Shown: one piece after another, positions 27,357 to 39,410 of the stretch | How positions within the stretch are numbered: the first letter of the stretch is position 1 | How the letters are laid out: each line of letters opens with the position of its first letter | Assembly: GCF_046119375.1 (NCBI RefSeq) | Contig: NW_027364056.1 | Location: 62,001-126,000, forward strand | Origin: Phyllobates terribilis | Lineage: Eukaryota | Reading direction: 5' to 3' | Length of the DNA: 64,000 nt | Program-made: the position numbers and the translations under genes | The notes under the pieces: model-generated | Told to the model about the DNA's origin: nothing | Seen by the model: only the letters and a program-made list of their open reading frames with translations | The model's database searches: none

Positions 27357-27911
27357 AAGTGACTGTAAATAGTTACCCGGAAGGGTATTGACAATAATTA
27401 GTTCAAGTGTGTGCTTAAAGTTTTATAGCGTACCCGGTTAAGATACAAAGACTGATAGGCTGTGGACGGTGAACAGCCAAAAAACTTTCCATTATAAATA
27501 GTTTGCACTTCTTAAGGTGCTTCTTGTTGGTTTTATCATGACCACCAAACAAAAACCCATTTGGCGTGGCCGAAGACGTGGTCCAACCACTGGATCACCT
27601 ATGCCCTGCAGCCACGCACAGGGTCTACGTTGAGGGTTTTCGGACGGGTCCCTCAAATTGCACCTTCTCCAGTGAGATGGACACCCGGTTATAGATCTCA
27701 CTGTAGTTTGCTGAAAATGTGTTTTATATGGAAAAATGTTTTATAAGTGTGAAGAAAAATGTTATTAAAAGTGGTTTTATAATGTTTTATATGCTGATAG
27801 AAACATGTAACGTTCAAGGAAAGTGCCTCCCGTAAAGGGAAGAAAAAGTTATGATTATTCTTCTATGTGAATGCATTCTAAAAATTTTGTATGTGTTTAC
27901 CGACGGAGGAA

Positions 27912-29128
27912 TGTGGCGCCCCTGTGGGTTCAGCTGCCACAGAGGTACTGCATCTCACGCAGAGATGTGGTATCTCACTCTCAGGTAAGGAGGGAGTACT
28001 GCCCGGGACCCAAACAACCGCATCTAACACTACACCATTCCAGACCAGCAGGAGGGGCAAGATGCACTGGCTTATGCTGAGCCCTGTCCCTGGTTGTAAG
28101 GGGGGAATCAAGAGAGAGGGAACCATGTAGTGGGTGTGGGTGGAGGAAGCAGTTCAGGGGAGCACCGTCAGGAGGAGTATAAGAAGAAAGGGAACCATCT
28201 AGAAACAGCCAGTCCTGCTCAGGAGAGCAGTGTAGGAGGTCCAGGCTCCTGGCGCCAGTGCTTGGAGCAGGAGTTGAGTGGCGTGAGAGGAGTCGGACCT
28301 AGTCTGAGAGGCCCAGGAAAGAGAGAGAGAGCGGACGGGAGCAGAGGGAAGGCTCCATAGACAGAGGGGATCCCAGGGGCACGGGGAGTGCAGGAAGCCA
28401 CCCGTGTGCCCGAATCTACACGGACGTGGAGGGATCAGGCCGCAGAGGGGACCGGCCCCAACCACCACAATTATATCGCCGAAAAGGTGGCCACAGAGGG
28501 TCCAGGGGACTGCACGTCGCCCGACAAGATCCGAGGTCAGTGGCTTGGGACACTGATTGTGAGGCGCAGGGCAGGAGGGTGAGAGCCAGCGCAGTGAGAC
28601 GACCGAGGAAGGAACATAGAACGAGGTCCCGTTTAAGCACTCCTGAAATACTTGAGAGCTGCTGAACTCCTTCCTCGGTGAACAAAACACAGGATGACGT
28701 GGGCGGTTATAATCCGGAAAGTGTAACCTGAGGTACTTAACAACTGTGAGTAAACCTTGAAGACTGCACCCCACTGTGTCCTAGAATTATTACTGCGCCA
28801 TCACCAGCCCCGCACTACACCTCACCAACAACATCTACCTCATAGCACCTCTATATCCTACCCTGGAGCTAAGCTCTGCCTGTGGAGAGCTGAACCAACT
28901 CTGCTGCGTCACCATCAGCTCCAGAGGATCTGCACCGCAGCGACAGCCCCATATAGCCGCATACCACAGGTGGCGTCATGAACATTGTCTATAAAAACTT
29001 TATTCCCCCTTTTTCTTTTCCCCTTTAATTGGCCGCCCTGGGTCTCAGACCGGGTCACTGCCACCGTGACATCCCCCAGCATCGACTGGCCCAGCTACCG
29101 AGTACCCCATGGCCCAGGGGGCGCGTCA
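27912..29128 (+). mobile_element. 3' LTR
   Basis: Starts TGTGGCGCCCCTGTGGG and ends GGGGCGCGTCA, followed by ATGG. Colinear with the 5' LTR. Confidence 0.9.
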
Positions 29129-29510
29129 ATGGGATATGAAGAAGCAGAAGGAAGGAAGGTTGGGTAAGAGGATGAAGGAAAGTCAAGGGATGGGGCGGAG
29201 GAGAAAGGAAGGATATGGAATTGGGGCAGAGAAGGGAGGAAGGACAGTGCAGAAAGACAACATAGGGGTGGGAGCAGAAGTAAAAAAACTGGAGATTGGG
29301 AGATGGGTGGGGGAGTAAGAAAGTATAGGGTACAGGGGAAGAGGAGGAACAAAGGATAGGGGACTGGGATAGAAAAGGGAGGAAGGATGGATGTAGAAGA
29401 GAAAGGATCAGGGACGGGGTTGAATAGGGAGGAATAATGGGAAAGGGGCAGAGAAGGGAGGAAGGATGGGGAGGACGAGGAAGCAAGGAAGGGGTGATGG
29501 GGCAGAAGAC
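29129..29510 (+). repeat. Polypurine degenerate repeat, part 2
   Basis: Same G/A-rich GGGGCAGA/GAAGGA motif content as 23790-24622. Confidence 0.85.
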
Positions 29511-30758
29511 TGTGACGCTCACAGCCCTCACCCTGGGAAGTGGGGTTACTCGGAGCCGGGTCAGATGTTTGGTGGTTGTAGCCGTGGCCTGGACCCGTTC
29601 CGAGCCCAGGGCCGTCACATTAAAAGGGTGTAATGGGCTTTCAGAGTTGGTGTTTAATCGAGTGGTTGTGTTGACTGTGCCAGCTGTGGTGTCTGGTGAT
29701 CCTCCACCAGCGCTGTGTTCAGTCCTCTGAGGCGGGATGTAGTGGCAGCAGCAGATGGTACTACTCCCCACAGGCGAGACAAGAGAACGGGAGTTGTAGT
29801 GCGGTGTAATGCAGTGCCGTGTTGCAATAAGAAACCGAAGGCCATAGGGGTAGTCTTCCAAGCTTTACTCATGGTAGTATGCACAGCTGCAAGGCTTCTC
29901 CCTGCTCCTTAGGGTACGCTGCGGCCACCAGGACCGGGGGTCCGACAACCTCCGGGTAGTTCAGGTGCTTTGGTCAGGACCACGCACCAGAGTGTTCCTA
30001 GACTTTCCCACTAGGTCCTCTCCTGTCCGTATGTGGTGCGTGTTACAAGGCTGGGTCTCCCTCTGGACTATGCACAGAACAAGGGTACGGGTGGCAAATC
30101 CGCTCCGCCCGTTACCCGGTGGGATCCACTGATCCTCCGGGCTTCTCCGACTGAGACGTAGAGTAACAAAGTCAGATATCGGGGGCCGGTACCCCTTTTG
30201 CAGCAGGACTCCCTCTGACTAGGCCAGAATAGTGAGGACAGGTGGCGTATACCGCTCCGTCTGCATCCCCCTGGGATCCTTTTGCCTGTGGAGCTTGTCT
30301 CCTCTGCTCCCCTCCAGGCCTTCTTGGGTAGGGACCTTGACCGGGTAGAGACAGCCGTTAACTCTAGCCCACTCCTCGTCTCAAGGCCAGAGTACGAGGA
30401 CCGTGTCCCCATCAACTGCAGGTTCACACAGAGAGCCACGTTCAGTGATGAAGATCACAATCAAAAGACCATAAGCCCAAGATGGCTGTTTATTAAATAT
30501 GAATTTTTGTTGTGTAACCTCTAAGTGTGTCCTCCACCCTCACCCACTACTAGGTTCCCCCTATCTTTTGGTTCCCCCATCTCCACTTATCCGGCTGGGG
30601 CAGCACGCTGGTGCATATAAGCCCCCCTCAGGTGGGAGAGGTGTAGTGTTGGATGCAGAGGTGGGGTCCTGACAGCTCCTTACCGCTAAGGAGAGATACC
30701 ACACCTCATTAAAGTGATGCAGTACCCCTGTGGCGACCGAACCCTCAGGGGTGCCACA
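29511..30758 (-). mobile_element. Solo LTR of a related, diverged subfamily
   Basis: The minus strand begins TGTGGCACCCCTGAGGGTTCGGTCGCCACAGGGGTACTGCATC (homologous to the LTR starts) and ends ...CCGAGTAACCCCAC...GAGCGTCACA (homologous to the LTR ends). Termini are TG...CA, flanks are AGAC/GGAC (3 of 4 match), and a minus-strand AATAAA lies near 30490. Confidence 0.85.
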
Positions 30759-31370
30759 GGACAAAAATAGAACAGGAGACAGGGCAGAGGAGGAAAGAAG
30801 TATGGGTTACTGCGGTGGGATGAATGACAAGGGCAGAGTAAGAAGGATGTTGCTGAGAAAGGATGAGGAATGGGGCAGAGGCGGAAGGGGGTATGGGTGA
30901 CAAAGGAGGAAGGAAGGATGGGGTAAAGTATGGTTGAGGTATGGGGCAGAGAACGGAGGAAGGATGTGGGGGGAAGGACAGAGGTGAAATGAGTGATGGA
31001 GGACAGGAGAAAGGAAGTATGGGTGATGGGGGAAAAGAAAGAAGGAAGAATGGGGTCAGAGGAGGAAAGGGAGATGTATGCAGAGGAAGACAAGATGAAT
31101 GATGGGGGCACATGAGGAAGAAAGAACAGGGACAGAGGAAGAAGGAAGCATGATGGTCAGGGGCAGAAGAGAAAGAAATGACAGGTACAAGGCAGAGAAG
31201 AAAGGATGGGTGGCAGGGCCAAAAAAAGGGTGTAAAGGAGACAGGGCAGATGAAGAAGGAAAGAAAGGTGATGGGGCAGAGGAGGAAGGAAGGGTGATGG
31301 AGTCAGAGGAAGAAGGGCGTATGGGTAATGAGGCAGAGAAAGAAGGATGAGTGGGTGATGGCCAGATGAG
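30759..31370 (+). repeat. Polypurine degenerate repeat, part 3
   Basis: Same G/A-rich motif content as parts 1 and 2. Confidence 0.85.
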
Positions 31371-31380
31371 GAAGTCCCTT

Positions 31381-34300
31381 TGGCGCCTTGTATCCTTTGT
31401 TTTTTTCCCTTTGGACCGGGCGCCTGGTAGCCTTTGTTTTTTCCGTTTGGATCAGGCGCATTGTATCCTTTGCTTTTTTCCGTTTGGACCAGGTGCCTTG
31501 TATCCTTTGTTTTTTCCCTTTGGACCAGGCGCCCTGTATCCTTTGTTTTTTCCCTTTGGACCAGGCGCCTTGTATCCTTTGTTTTTTCCGTTTGGACCAC
31601 GCGCCTTGTATCCTTTGTTTTTTCCCTTTGGACCAGGCGCCTTGTATCCTTTGTTTTTTCCCTTTGGACCGGGCGCCTTGTATCCTTTGTTTTTTTCCCT
31701 TTGGACCGGGTGCCTTGTAACCTTTGTTTTTTCCGTTTGGACCAGGCGCCTTGTATCCTTTGTTTTTTTTCGTTTGGACCAGGCGCCTTGTATTCTTTGT
31801 TTTTTTCCGTTTGGACTAGGCGCATTGTATTCTTTGTTTTTTTCCGTTTGGACCAGGCGCCTTGTATTCTTTGTTTTTTTCCCTTTGGACCCGTCACCTT
31901 GTATCCTTTGTTTTTTCCCTTTGGACCAGGCACCTTGTATCCTTTGTTTTTTCCCTTTGGACCGCGGCGCCTTGTATCCTTTGTTTTTTCCCTTTGGATC
32001 GGGCGCCTTGTATCCTTTGTTTTTTTCCCTTTGGACCGGGTGCCTTGTAACCTTTGTTTTTTTCCGTTTGGACCAGGCGCCTTGTATCCTTTGTTTTTTT
32101 CCGTTTGGACCAGGTGCCTTGTATTCTTTGTTTTTTTCCGTTTGGACCAGGCGCCTTGTATTCTTTGTTTTTTTCCGTTTGGACCAGGTGCCTTGTATTC
32201 TTTGTTTTTTTCCCTTTGGACCAGGCACCTTGTATCCTTTGTTTTTTTTCCCTTTGGACCAGGCACCTTGTATCCTTTGTTTTTTCCCTTTGGACCGGGC
32301 GCCTTGTATCCTTTGTTTTTTTCCGTTTGTACCAGGCACCTTGTATCCTTTGTTTTTTCCCTTTGGACCGGGTGGTTTGTATCCTTTGTTTTTTCCCTTT
32401 GGACCAGGCGCCTTGTATCCTTTGTTTTTTCCCTTTGGACCGGGCGCCTTGTATTCTTTGTTTTTTTCCCTTTGGACCAGGCTCCTTGTATCCTTTGTTT
32501 TTTCCCTTTGGACCGGGCGCCTTGCATCCTTTCTTTTTTTCCGTTTGGACCAGGCACCTTGTATCCTTTGTTTTTTCCCTTTGGACCGGGCGCCTTGTAT
32601 CCTTTCTTTTTTTCCCTTTGGACCAGACGCCTTGTATTCTTTGTTTTTTCCCTTTGGACCAGGCGCCTTGTATCCTTTGTTTTTTCCCTTTGGACCGGGC
32701 GCCTTGTATTCTTTGTTTTTTCCCTTTGGACCGGGCGCCTTGTATTCTTTGTTTTTTTCCGTTTGAACCAGGCACCTTGTATCCTTTGTTTTTTCCCTTT
32801 GGACCGGGCACCTTGTATCCTTTGTTTTTTCCCTTTGGACCGGGCGCCTTGTATCCTTTGTTTTTTCCCTTTGGACCGGGCGCCTTGTATCCTTTGTTTT
32901 TTTCCCTTTGGACCGGGCGCCTTGTATCCTTTGTTTTTTTCCTTTGGACCGGGCACCTTGTATCCTTTGTTTTTTCCCTTTGGACCGGGCACCTTGTATC
33001 CTTTGTTTTTTCCCTTTGGACCGGGCGCCTTGTATCCTTTGTTTTTTCCCTTTGGACCGGGCGCCTTGTATCCTTTGGTTTTTTCCCTTTGGACCGGGTG
33101 CCTTGTATCCTTTGTTTTTTCCCTTTGGACCGGGCGCCTTGTATTCTTTGTTTTTTTCCGTTTGGACCAGGCACCTTGTATCCTTTGTTTTTTCCCTTTG
33201 GACCGGGCGCCTTGTATTCTTTGTTTTTTTCCGTTTGGACCAGGCGCATTGTATTCTTTGTTTTTTTCCGTTTGGACCAGGCGCCTTGTATTCTTTGTTT
33301 TTTTCCCTTTGGACCCGTCACCTTGTATCCTTTGTTTTTTCCCTTTGGACCAGGCACCTTGTATCCTTTGTTTTTTCCCTTTGGACCGCGGCGCCTTGTA
33401 TCCTTTGTTTTTTCCCTTTGGACCGGGCGCCTTGTATCCTTTGTTTTTTTCCCTTTGGACCGGGTGCCTTGTAACCTTTGTTTTTTTCCGTTTGGACCAG
33501 GCGCCTTGTATCCTTTGTTTTTTTCCGTTTGGACCAGGTGCCTTGTATTCTTTGTTTTTTTCCGTTTGGACCAGGCGCCTTGTATTCTTTGTTTTTTTCC
33601 GTTTGGACCAGGCGCCTTGTATTCTTTGTTTTTTTCCCTTTGGACCCGTCACCTTGTATCCTTTGTTTTTTCCCTTTGGACCAGGCACCTTGTATCCTTT
33701 GTTTTTTCCCTTTGGACCGCGGCGCCTTGTATCCTTTGTTTTTTCCCTTTGGACCGGGCGCCTTGTATCCTTTGTTTTTTTCCCTTTGGACCAGGTGCCT
33801 TGTAACCTTTGTTTTTTTCCGTTTGGACCAGGCGCCTTGTATCCTTTGTTTTTTTCCGTTTGGACCAGGTGCCTTGTATTCTTTGTTTTTTTCCGTTTGG
33901 ACCAGGCGCCTTGTATTCTTTGTTTTTTTCCGTTTGGACCAGGCGCCTTGTATTCTTTGTTTTTTTCCCTTTGGACCAGGCACCTTGTATCCTTTGTTTT
34001 TTTCCCTTTGGACCAGGCACCTTGTATCCTTTGTTTTTTCCCTTTGGACCGGGCGCCTTGTATCCTTTGTTTTTTTCCGTTTGTACCAGGCACCTTGTAT
34101 CCTTTGTTTTTTCCCTTTGGACCGGGTGGTTTGTATCCTTTGTTTTTTCCCTTTGGACCAGGCGCCTTGTATCCTTTGTTTTTTCCCTTTGGACCGGGCG
34201 CCTTGTATTCTTTGTTTTTTTCCCTTTGGACCAGGCTCCTTGTATCCTTTGTTTTTTCCCTTTGGACCGGGCGCCTTGTATCCTTTCTTTTTTTCCGTTT

Positions 34301-35175
34301 GGACCAGGCACCTTGTATCCTTTGTTTTTTCCCTTTGGACCGGGCACCTTGTATCCTTTGTTTTTTCCCTTTGGACCGGGCACCTTGTATCCTTTGTTTT
34401 TTCCCTTTGGACCGGGCACCTTGTATCCTTTGTTTTTTCCCTTTGGACCGGGCGCCTTGTATCCTTTGTTTTTTCCCTTTGGACCGGGCGCCTTGTATTC
34501 TTTGTTTTTTTCCGTTTGGACCAGGCACCTTGTATCCTTTGTTTTTTCCCTTTGGACCGGGCGCCTTGTATCCTTTGGTTTTTCCCTTTGGACCGGGTGC
34601 CTTGTATCCTTTGTTTTTTCCCTTTGGACCGGGCGCCTTGTATTCTTTGTTTTTTTCCGTTTGGACCAGGCACCTTGTATCCTTTGTTTTTTCCCTTTGG
34701 ACCGGGCGCCTTGTATCCTTTGGTTTTTTCCCTTTGGACCGGGCGCCTTGTATCCTTTGGTTTTTTCCCTTTGGACCGGGCGCCTTGTATCCTTTGTTTT
34801 TTTCCCTTTGGACCGGGCGCCTTGTATCCTTTCTTTTTTTCCCTTTGGACCAGGCGCCTTGTATTCTTTGTTTTTTCCCTTTGGACCAGGCGCCTTGTAT
34901 CCTTTGTTTTTTCCCTTTGGACCGGGCGCCTTGTATCCTTTGGTTTTTTCCCTTTGGACCGGGTGCCTTGTATCCTTTGTTTTTTCCCTTTGGACCGGGC
35001 GCCTTGTATCCTTTGTTTTTTCCCTTTGGACCGGGCGCCTTGTATCCTTTGTTTTTTCCCTTTGGACCGGGCGCCTTGTATCCTTTGGTTTTTTCCCTTT
35101 GGACCGGGCGCCTTGTATCCTTTGTTTTTTACCTTTGGACCGGGCGCCTTGTATCCTTTGGTTTTTTACCTTTGG
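31381..35175. repeat. Minisatellite, 36-37-bp unit CCCTTTGGACCGGGCGCCTTGTATCCTTTGTTTTTT(T), about 100 copies
   Basis: Unit read directly. T-tract length varies, and there are recurring variants (CCGT/CCCT, CAGG/CGGG, ATTC/ATCC). Confidence 0.98.
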
Positions 35176-36084
35176 AAGGCATTTGTAATATTGGCCAGGA
35201 TACAACAGACATTTGCTACGTTTTGTACCCGGCTATAATGGTCATGAATTTGTTTTTTATACTTTATCCTTTTCTTCTTACTCCTTTACCTACGATGACA
35301 CTTACCTGTCGTGTGCTACCTTCAGTCACTGAGTTAGTGATGTACCGGTCGCTCATTATGGCTGGCGGCTGTATACTGGGGTGATGGGACGCTTCATGTA
35401 TAGAACATGGATATCACTGACGCACGGCTTTGTCCACCGGGTGCTGGGTTTCTGAGCTTTCGGAGGGAGGGATCAGCGGCATGGTAGCGGTTACACGCAT
35501 GTGCACTATAGACGATTGGACACTACACCAGTGTGACTGCTCTGGCATTATTTTCAGGGGTGCAGATTGTGGCACCATTATCTTTAGGGAAGACAATACA
35601 TGGCGGTGTCCTTTACAGGGGATCCCAGTGTAAGGTGGTATTATTATAGGGGAGCACAGCAGGTGTAGATTATAATTCACTTTGTGGGGCGCAGTATTGC
35701 AGGAAGCAGCTCGGTAAGTAAATGCGGGCACTGAATGGAGTGGCAGCTATAGGGGCAATATAAGGCAAGTAGGCACGGAGCCACATTCTCTCGGGTCCGG
35801 CTATGCAGCACGCCGTAGGCAGAAGCTTTAGACTACATTCACACACAGCTTTTTTGCATTCTGTTTGCAGCCGTTTTTTGCTCTGTCTGGATGTAACATT
35901 TTAGTCTACAGATAATTAGGAGAAACATTATAAACACTTGATGGCGTTTTCCTTTAGATTTAATTTTAGAGCCGATGTTCAGGGGAAACAAAGGGAAACT
36001 GAATGTGTTGGGAGCAACAAAGGCCAAAATTGATCATCTCTCAGGCTCAGACCACGGTCAGGTCCCTCACTTTATCGCTGGTGT

Positions 36085-38520
36085 CGTGGATAGGAATTAT
36101 ACTCACACCGCGGCCGAACTGGTGGAATTACACTCAGACCATGGCCGGACTGGAGGAATTACACTCAGACCGCGGCCAGACTGGAGGAATCACACTCAGA
36201 CTGCGGCCAGACTGGTGGAATTACACTCAGACCATGGCCGGACTGGAGGAATCACACTCAGACCGCGGCCGGACTGGAGGAATTATACTCAGACCATGGC
36301 CGGACTGGAGGAATTATACTCAGACCGCGGCCAGACTGGAGGAATCACACTCAGACCGCGGCCGGACTGGAGGAATTACACTCAGACCGCGGCCGGACTG
36401 GAGGAATTATACTCAGACCGCGGCCAGACTGGAGGAATCACACTCAGACTGCGGCCAGACTGGAGGAATCACACTCAGACCGCGGCCAGACTGGTGGAAT
36501 TACACTCACACCGCGGCCGAACTGGTGGAATTACACTCAGACTGCGGCCGGACTGGAGGAATTACACTCAGACCGCGGCCGGACTGGAGGAATTACACTC
36601 AAACCGCGGCCGGACTGGAGGAATTACACTCAGACTGCGGCCGGACTGGAGGAATTACACTCAGACCGCGGCCGGACTGGAGGAATTACACTCAGACCGC
36701 GGCCGGACTGGAGGAATTACACTCAGACTGCGGCCAGACTGGAGGAATCACACTCAGACCGCGGCCAGACTGGAGGAATCACACTCAGACCGCGGCCGGA
36801 CTGGAGGAATCACACTCAGACCGCGGCCAGACTGGAGGAATTACACTCAGACCGCGGCCGGACTGGAGGAATTACACTCAAACCGCGGCCGGACTGGAGG
36901 AATTACACTCAGACCGCGGCCGGACTGGAGGAATTACACTCAAACCGCGGCCGGACTGGAGGAATTACACTCAGACTGCGGCCGGACTGGAGGAATTACA
37001 CTCAGACCGCGGCTGGACTGGAGGAATTACACTCAGACCGCGGCCAGACTGGTGGAATTACACTCAGACCGCGGCCAGACTGGAGGAATTACACTCAGAC
37101 TGCGGCCGGACTGGAGGAATTACACTCAGACCGCGGCCAGACTGGAGGAATTACACTCAGACCGCGGCCGGACTGGAGGAATTACACTCAAACCGCGGCC
37201 GGACTGGAGGAATTACACTCAGACCGCGGCCGGACTGGAGGAATTACACTCAAACCGCGGCCGGACTGGAGGAATTACACTCAGACTGCGGCCGGACTGG
37301 AGGAATTACACTCAGACCGCGGCCGGACTGGAGGAATTACACTCAGACCGCGGCCAGACTGGTGGAATTACACTCAGACCGCGGCCAGACTGGAGGAATT
37401 ACACTCAGACTGCGGCCGGACTGGAGGAATTACACTCAGACTGCGGCCAGACTGGAGGAATTACACTCAGACTGCGGCCAGACTGGAGGAATCACACTCA
37501 GACCGCGGCCGGACTGGAGGAATCACACTCAGACCGCGGCCGGACTGGAGGAATCACACTCAGACCGCAGCCAGACTGGAGGAATCACACTCAGACCGCG
37601 GCCAGACTGGTGGAATTACACTCAGACCGCGGCCAGACTGGAGGAATCACACTCAGACCGCGGCCAGACTGGAGGAATTACACTCAGACCGCGGCCAGAC
37701 TGGAGGAATTACACTCAGACTGCGGCCAGACTGGTGGAATTACACTCAGACTGCGGCCAGACTGGAGGAATCACACTCAGACCGCGGCCGGACTGGAGGA
37801 ATCACACTCAGACCGCGGCCGGACTGGAGGAATCACACTCAGACCGCGGCCAGACTGGAGGAATCACACTCAGACCGCGGCCGGACTGGAGGAATCACAC
37901 TCAGACCGCGGCCAGACTGGAGGAATTACACTCAGACCGCGGCCAGACTGGAGGAATTACACTCAGACTGCGGCTGGACTGGAGGAATTACACTCAGACC
38001 GCGGCCAGACTGGAGGAATTACACTCAGACTGCGGCCAGACTGGTGGAATTACACTCAGACTGCGGCCAGACTGGAGGAATCACACTCAGACCGCGGCCG
38101 GACTGGAGGAATCACACTCAGACCGCGGCCGGACTGGAGGAATCACACTCAGACCGCGGCCGGACTGGAGGAATCACACTCAGACCGCGGCCAGACTGGA
38201 GGAATTACACTCAGACCGCGAAAGAGATGGAGGAATCACACTCAGACCGCAGCCGGACTGGAGGAATTACACTCAGACCGCAGCCGGACTGGAGGAATCA
38301 CACTCAGACCGCGGCCGGACTGGAGGAATTACACTCAGACCGCGGCCAGACTGGTGGAATTACACTCAGACCGCGAAAGAGATGGAGGAATCACACTCAG
38401 ACCGCGGCCGGACTGGAGGAATTACACTCAGACCGCGGCCAGACTGGTGGAATTACACTCAGACCGCGAAAGAGATGGAGGAATCACACTCAGACCGCGG
38501 CCGGACTGGAGGAATTACAC
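36085..38520. repeat. GC/CpG-rich minisatellite, 31-bp unit GGAGGAATTACACTCAGACCGCGGCCGGACT, about 78 copies
   Basis: Unit read directly. The 31-aa period of the translations equals three 31-bp units. Confidence 0.98.
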
Positions 38521-38537
38521 TTAGGATGCAGACAGAT

Positions 38538-38543
38538 TTTATT
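38538..38543 (-). terminator. Candidate polyadenylation signal AATAAA for C1QB
   Basis: TTTATT on the plus strand. It is the first canonical hexamer I found downstream of the C1QB stop codon, about 1.08 kb away, in a short AT-rich unique spacer between two minisatellites. Confidence 0.6.
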
Positions 38544-38590
38544 TACAATATTAAGCTGCGACATCCTGGTCATTGCCCATGAAGCGCGGG

Positions 38591-39410
38591 GCTCACATGA
38601 TAGGTGGAGTATGGACACCGGATGATGGGGTCATACAGACAGGATGGAGCTCATGTGATGGGTGGAGTATGGACACCGGATGATGGGGTCATACAGACAG
38701 GACGGTGCTCATGTGATGGGTGGAGTATGGACACCGGATGATGGGGTCATACAGACAGGATGGAGCTCACATGATAGGTGGAGTATGGACACTGGATGAT
38801 GGGGTCATACAGACAGGACGGAGCTCATGTGATGGGTGGAGTATGGACACTGGATGATGGGGTCATACAGACAGGACGGAGCTCATGTGATGGGTGGAGT
38901 ATGGACACCGGATGATGGGGTCATACAGACAGGACGGAGCTCACATGATAGGTGGAGTATGGACACCGGATGATGGGGTCATACAGACAGGACGGAGCTC
39001 ATGTGATGGGTGGAGTACGGACACTGGATGATGGGGTCATACAGACAGGACGGAGCTCATGTGATGGGTGGAGTATGGACACCGGATGATGGGGTCATAC
39101 AGACAGGACGGAGCTCATGTGATTGGTGGTGTATGGACACTGGATGATGGGGTCATACAGACAGGACGGAGCTCATGTGATGGGTGGAGTATGGACACTG
39201 GATGATGGGGTCATACAGACAGGACGGAGCTCATGTGATGGGTGGAGTACGGACACTGGATGATGGGGTAATACAGACAGGATGGAGCTCACGTGATGGG
39301 TGGAGTATGGACACTGGATGATGGGGTCATACAGACAGGACGGAGGTCAGATGATGGGTGGAGTATGGACACCGGATGATGGGGTCATACAGACAGGACG
39401 GGTCACATGT
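38591..39410. repeat. Minisatellite, 58-bp unit GCTCATGTGATGGGTGGAGTATGGACACCGGATGATGGGGTCATACAGACAGGACGGA, about 14 copies
   Basis: Units start at 38591 and 38649, giving a period of 58. The last copy decays near 39400. Confidence 0.97.

Larger units (their letters stand above)
24623..29128 (+). mobile_element. Non-autonomous LTR retroelement (probably Ty3/Gypsy-related) with two ~1.2-kb LTRs and a ~2.0-kb internal region lacking pol
   Basis: Direct repeats at 24623-~25898 and 27912-29128 both start TGTGG, and the 3' copy ends GCGCGTCA. A 4-bp duplication ATGG flanks the element (24619-24622 and 29129-29132). A PBS follows the 5' LTR, and a weak purine tract (GACGGAGGAA) precedes the 3' LTR. 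No protease, RT or integrase motifs appear in the internal ORF translations. Confidence 0.9.

Noticed and set aside
25208-28774. Similar minus-strand ORFs MGCTLQGLLTVVK... and MGCSLQGLLTVVK...
   Set aside because: They are the same LTR segment seen twice. They diverge by frameshift and have no recognisable domain.
31157-35384. 1123-aa and 1316-aa ORFs (histone/protamine-like and membrane-like compositions)
   Set aside because: They overlap on both strands and in all frames within a 36/37-bp minisatellite whose indels ignore codon phase.
35975-38625. 849-aa and 859-aa Arg/Thr-rich ORFs
   Set aside because: The 31-bp unit has no plus-strand stop in any frame. The unit length is not a multiple of 3, and all three frames give the same cyclic peptide.
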